Shown here one piece after another: positions 60,401-64,000 of a stretch of 64,000 nucleotides of DNA (the first letter of the stretch is position 1; each line of letters starts with the position of its first letter). The stretch lies in contig CM102283.1 of NCBI GenBank assembly GCA_046563655.1, forward strand, positions 4,588,001 through 4,652,000. The letters are read 5' to 3'. The DNA comes from Yuukianura sp. NJ FZ-2021. Lineage: Eukaryota. The notes under the pieces were generated by a model. The model was not told where the DNA came from, searched no databases, and worked only from the letters and a program-made list of their open reading frames with translations. The translations under genes were made by a program, and so were the position numbers.

Positions 60401-63400
60401 CTCATTCCATTCTAACGCTATTATACAATGGTGTTTGATATGCCGCCTGTTAGTTTAGGAACAGTTTCGCCTGTGCTTTAAGTTGAAATTAGATATGCTT
60501 TGGAACAGCTATTTTATTAAAACCCGCTTGCATTTGGACAAAGAGTAAAGCGCATTTTTTTCCAAAATTTTTGAGTGCGACCACCAGATTCTAAGGCTAT
60601 ACAGACACATCTCATTCCATTCTAACGCTATTATACAATGGTGTTTGATATGCCACCTTTTAGTTTAGGAATAGTTTCACTTGTGTTTTAAGTTGAAATT
60701 AGATATGCTTTGGAACAGCTATTTTATTAAAACCCGCTTGCATTTGGACAAAGAGTAAAGCGGATTTTTTTTTCAAAATTTCTGAGTGCGACCACTAAAT
60801 TCTAAGGCTATACAGACACATACATCTAAGTCCATTCTAACGGTATTGTACAATGGTGTTTGATATGCCGCCTTCTATTTTAGGAATAGTCTCGCTTGTG
60901 TTTTAAGTTGAAATTAGATATGCTTTGGAATGGCTATTTTATTAAAACCCGCTTGCATTTGGACAAAGAGCAAAGCGGATTTTTTTTTCAAAATTTCTGA
61001 GTGCGACCACTAGGTTCTAAGGCTATACAGACACATCTAATTCCATTCTAACGGTATTGTACAATGGTGTTTGATATGCCGCCTGTTAGTTTAGGAACAG
61101 TTTCGCCTGTGCTTTAAGTTGACATTAGATATGCTTTGGAACAGCTCTTTTATTAAAGCCCGCTTGCATTTGGACAAAGAGTAAAGCAGATTTTTTTTCA
61201 AAATTTCTGAGTGCGACCACTAGGTTCTAAGGCTATACAGACACATCTAATTCCATTCCAACGGTATTGTACAATGGTGTTTGATATGCCGCCTTTTAGT
61301 TTAGGAACAGTTTCGCCTGCGTTTTAAGTTGAAATTAGATATGCTTTGGAACAGCTATTTTATTAAAACCCGCTTGCATTTGGACAACGAGTAAAGCGGA
61401 TTTTTTTCTTCAAAATTTCTGAGTGCGACCACTAAATTCTAAGGCTATACAGACACATACATCTAAGTCCATTCTAACGGTATTGTACAATGGTGTTTGA
61501 TATGCCGCCTTCTATTTTAGGAATAGTCTCGCTTGTGTTTTAAGTTGAAATTAGATATGCTTTGGAATGGCTATTTTATTAAAACCCGCTTGCATTTGGA
61601 CAAAGAGTAAAGCGGATATTTTTTTCAAAATCTCTGAGTGCGACCACTAAATTCTAAGGCTATAAAGACACATCTCATTCCATTCTAACGCTATTATACA
61701 ATGGTGTTTGATATGCCGCCTGTTAGTTTAGGAACAGTTTCGCCTGTGCTTTAAGTTGAAATTAGATATGCTTTGGAACAGCTATTTTATTAAAACCCGC
61801 TTGCATTTGGACAAAGAGTAAAGCGCATTTTTTTCCAAAATTTTTGAGTGCGACCACCAGATTCTAAGGCTATACAGACACATCTCATTCCATTCTAACG
61901 CTATTATACAATGGTGTTTGATATGCCACCTTTTAGTTTAGGAATAGTTTCACTTGTGTTTTAAGTTGAAATTAGATATGCTTTGGAACAGCTATTTTAT
62001 TAAAACCCGCTTGCATTTGGACAAAGAGTAAAGCGGATTTTTTTCAAAATTTCTGAGTGCGACCACTAAATTCTAAGGCTATACAGACACATCTCATTCC
62101 ATTCTAACGCTATTATACAATGGTGTTTGATATGCCGCCTGTTAGTTTAGGAACAGTTTCGCCTGCGTTTTAAGTTGAAATTAGATATGCTTTGGAACAG
62201 CTATTTTATTAAAACCCGCTTGCATTTGGACAAAGAGTAAAGCGGATTTTTTTTCAAAATTTCTGAGTGCGACCACTAAATTCTAAGGCTATACAGACAC
62301 ATCTCATTCCATTCTAACGCTATTATACAATGGTGTTTGATATGCCGCCTGTTAGTTTAGGAACAGTTTCGCCTGTGTTTTAAGTTGAAATTAGAAATGC
62401 TTTGAATCAGCTATTTTATTAAAACCCGCTTGCATTTGGACAACGAGCAAAGCGGATTTTTTTTTCAAAATTTCTGAGTGCGACCACTAGGTTCTAAGGC
62501 TATACAGACACATCTCATTCCATTCTAACGCTATTATACAATGGTGTTTGATATGCCGCCTGTTAGTTTAGGAACAGTTTCGCCTGCGTTTTAAGTTGAA
62601 ATTAGATATGCTTTGGAACAGCTATTTTATTAAAACCCGCTTGCATTTGGACAAAGAGTAAAGCGCATTTTTTTCCAAAATTTTTGAGTGCGACCACCAG
62701 ATTCTAAGGCTATACAGACACATCTCATTCCATTCTAACGCTATTATACAATGGTGTTTGATATGCCACCTTTTAGTTTAGGAATAGTTTCACTTGTGTT
62801 TTAAGTTGAAATTAGATATGCTTTGGAACAGCTATTTTATTAAAACCCGCTTGCATTTGGACAAAGAGTAAAGCGGATTTTTTTCAAAATTTCTGAGTGC
62901 GACCACTAAATTCTAAGGCTATACAGACACATCTCATTCCATTCTAACGCTATTATACAATGGTGTTTGATATGCCGCCTGTTAGTTTAGGAACAGTTTC
63001 GCCTGCGTTTTAAGTTGAAATTAGATATGCTTTGGAACAGCTATTTTATTAAAACCCGCTTGCATTTGGACAAAGAGTAAAGCGGATTTTTTTTTCAAAA
63101 TTTCTGAGTGCGACCACTAAATTCTAAGGCTATACAGGCACATCTCATTCCATTCTAACGCTATTATACAATGGTGTTTGATATGCCGCCTGTTAGTTTA
63201 GGAACAGTTTCGCCTGTGTTTTAAGTTGAAATTAGAAATGCTTTGAATCAGCTATTTTATTAAAACCCGCTTGCATTTGGACAACGAGCAAAGCGGATTT
63301 TTTTTTCAAAATTTCGGAGTGCGACCACTAGGTTCTAAGGCTATACAGACACATCTAATTCCATTCTAACGGTATTGTACAATGGTGTTTGATATGCCGC

Positions 63401-64000
63401 CTTTTAGTTTAGGAACAGTTTCGCCTGCGTTTTAAGTTGAAATTAGATATGCTTTGGAACAGCTATTTTATTAAAACCCGCTTGCATTTGGACAAAGAGT
63501 AAAGCGGATTTTTTTCAAAATTTCTGAGTGCGACCACTAAATTCTAAGGCTATACAGACACATCTCATTCCATTCTAACGCTATTATACAATGGTGTTTG
63601 ATATGCCGCCTGTTAGTTTAGGAACAGTTTCGCCTGCGTTTTAAGTTGAAATTAGATATGCTTTGGAACAGCTATTTTATTAAAACCCGCTTGCATTTGG
63701 ACAAAGAGTAAAGCGGATTTTTTTTCAAAATTTTTGAGTGCGACCACTAGATTCTAAGGCTATACAGACACAGCTAAGTCCATTCTAACGGTATTGTACA
63801 ATGGTGTTTGATATGCCGCCTTTTAGTTTAGGAACAGTTTCGCCTGTGCTTTAAGTTGAAATTAGATATGCTTTGGAACAGCTATTTTATTAAAACCCGC
63901 TTGCATTTGGACAAAGAGTAAAGCGCATTTTTTTCCAAAATTTTTGAGTGCGACCACCAGATTCTAAGGCTATACAGACACATCTCATTCCATTCTAACG
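45480..64000. repeat. 210-bp satellite array, right block (~88 monomers, more heterogeneous, with higher-order structure)
   Basis: Same monomer and orientation; resumes in register after the LINE TSD and carries diagnostic variants (GCCTGTTAG, GACATTAG, ACATACATCT, AAATCTCTG). Confidence 0.99.

Overview
Eukaryotic (probably invertebrate; the TATA+TCAGTT core promoters are arthropod-like) satellite-rich chromosomal DNA, probably centromeric or pericentromeric. A 210-bp tandem satellite fills 1-22060 and 45480-64000. It is interrupted by two insertions only 52 bp apart. (1) A 19.2-kb Polinton/Maverick endogenous virus (22061-41260) with AGTAGA...TCTACT ends and a TACAG target-site duplication (TSD). 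It carries a decayed pPolB, a truncated ATPase, an intact integrase, a protease, core proteins, and major and minor capsid genes. (2) A 4.2-kb CR1/L2-like LINE (41313-45479, TGATAT TSD). The Polinton major capsid gene is split by an 8.2-kb nested insertion (30381-38591, CATAT TSD) of related Polinton-type DNA. Most of that insertion is a 6.5-kb non-autonomous element with 2.1-kb inverted arms; the arms' inward-facing promoters point at a zinc-finger packaging ATPase and a fused core protein. The most novel-looking signal is a conserved 131-nt subterminal hairpin present twice (30599-30729 +, 40914-41044 -). It has an internal A-box/B-box at tRNA spacing, a 42-bp stem rich in G-U pairs and an oligo-T tract directly downstream, so it is a candidate Pol III-transcribed, adenovirus VA-RNA-like ncRNA of Polintons. 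All protein calls rest on motifs recognised by eye; no searches were run.
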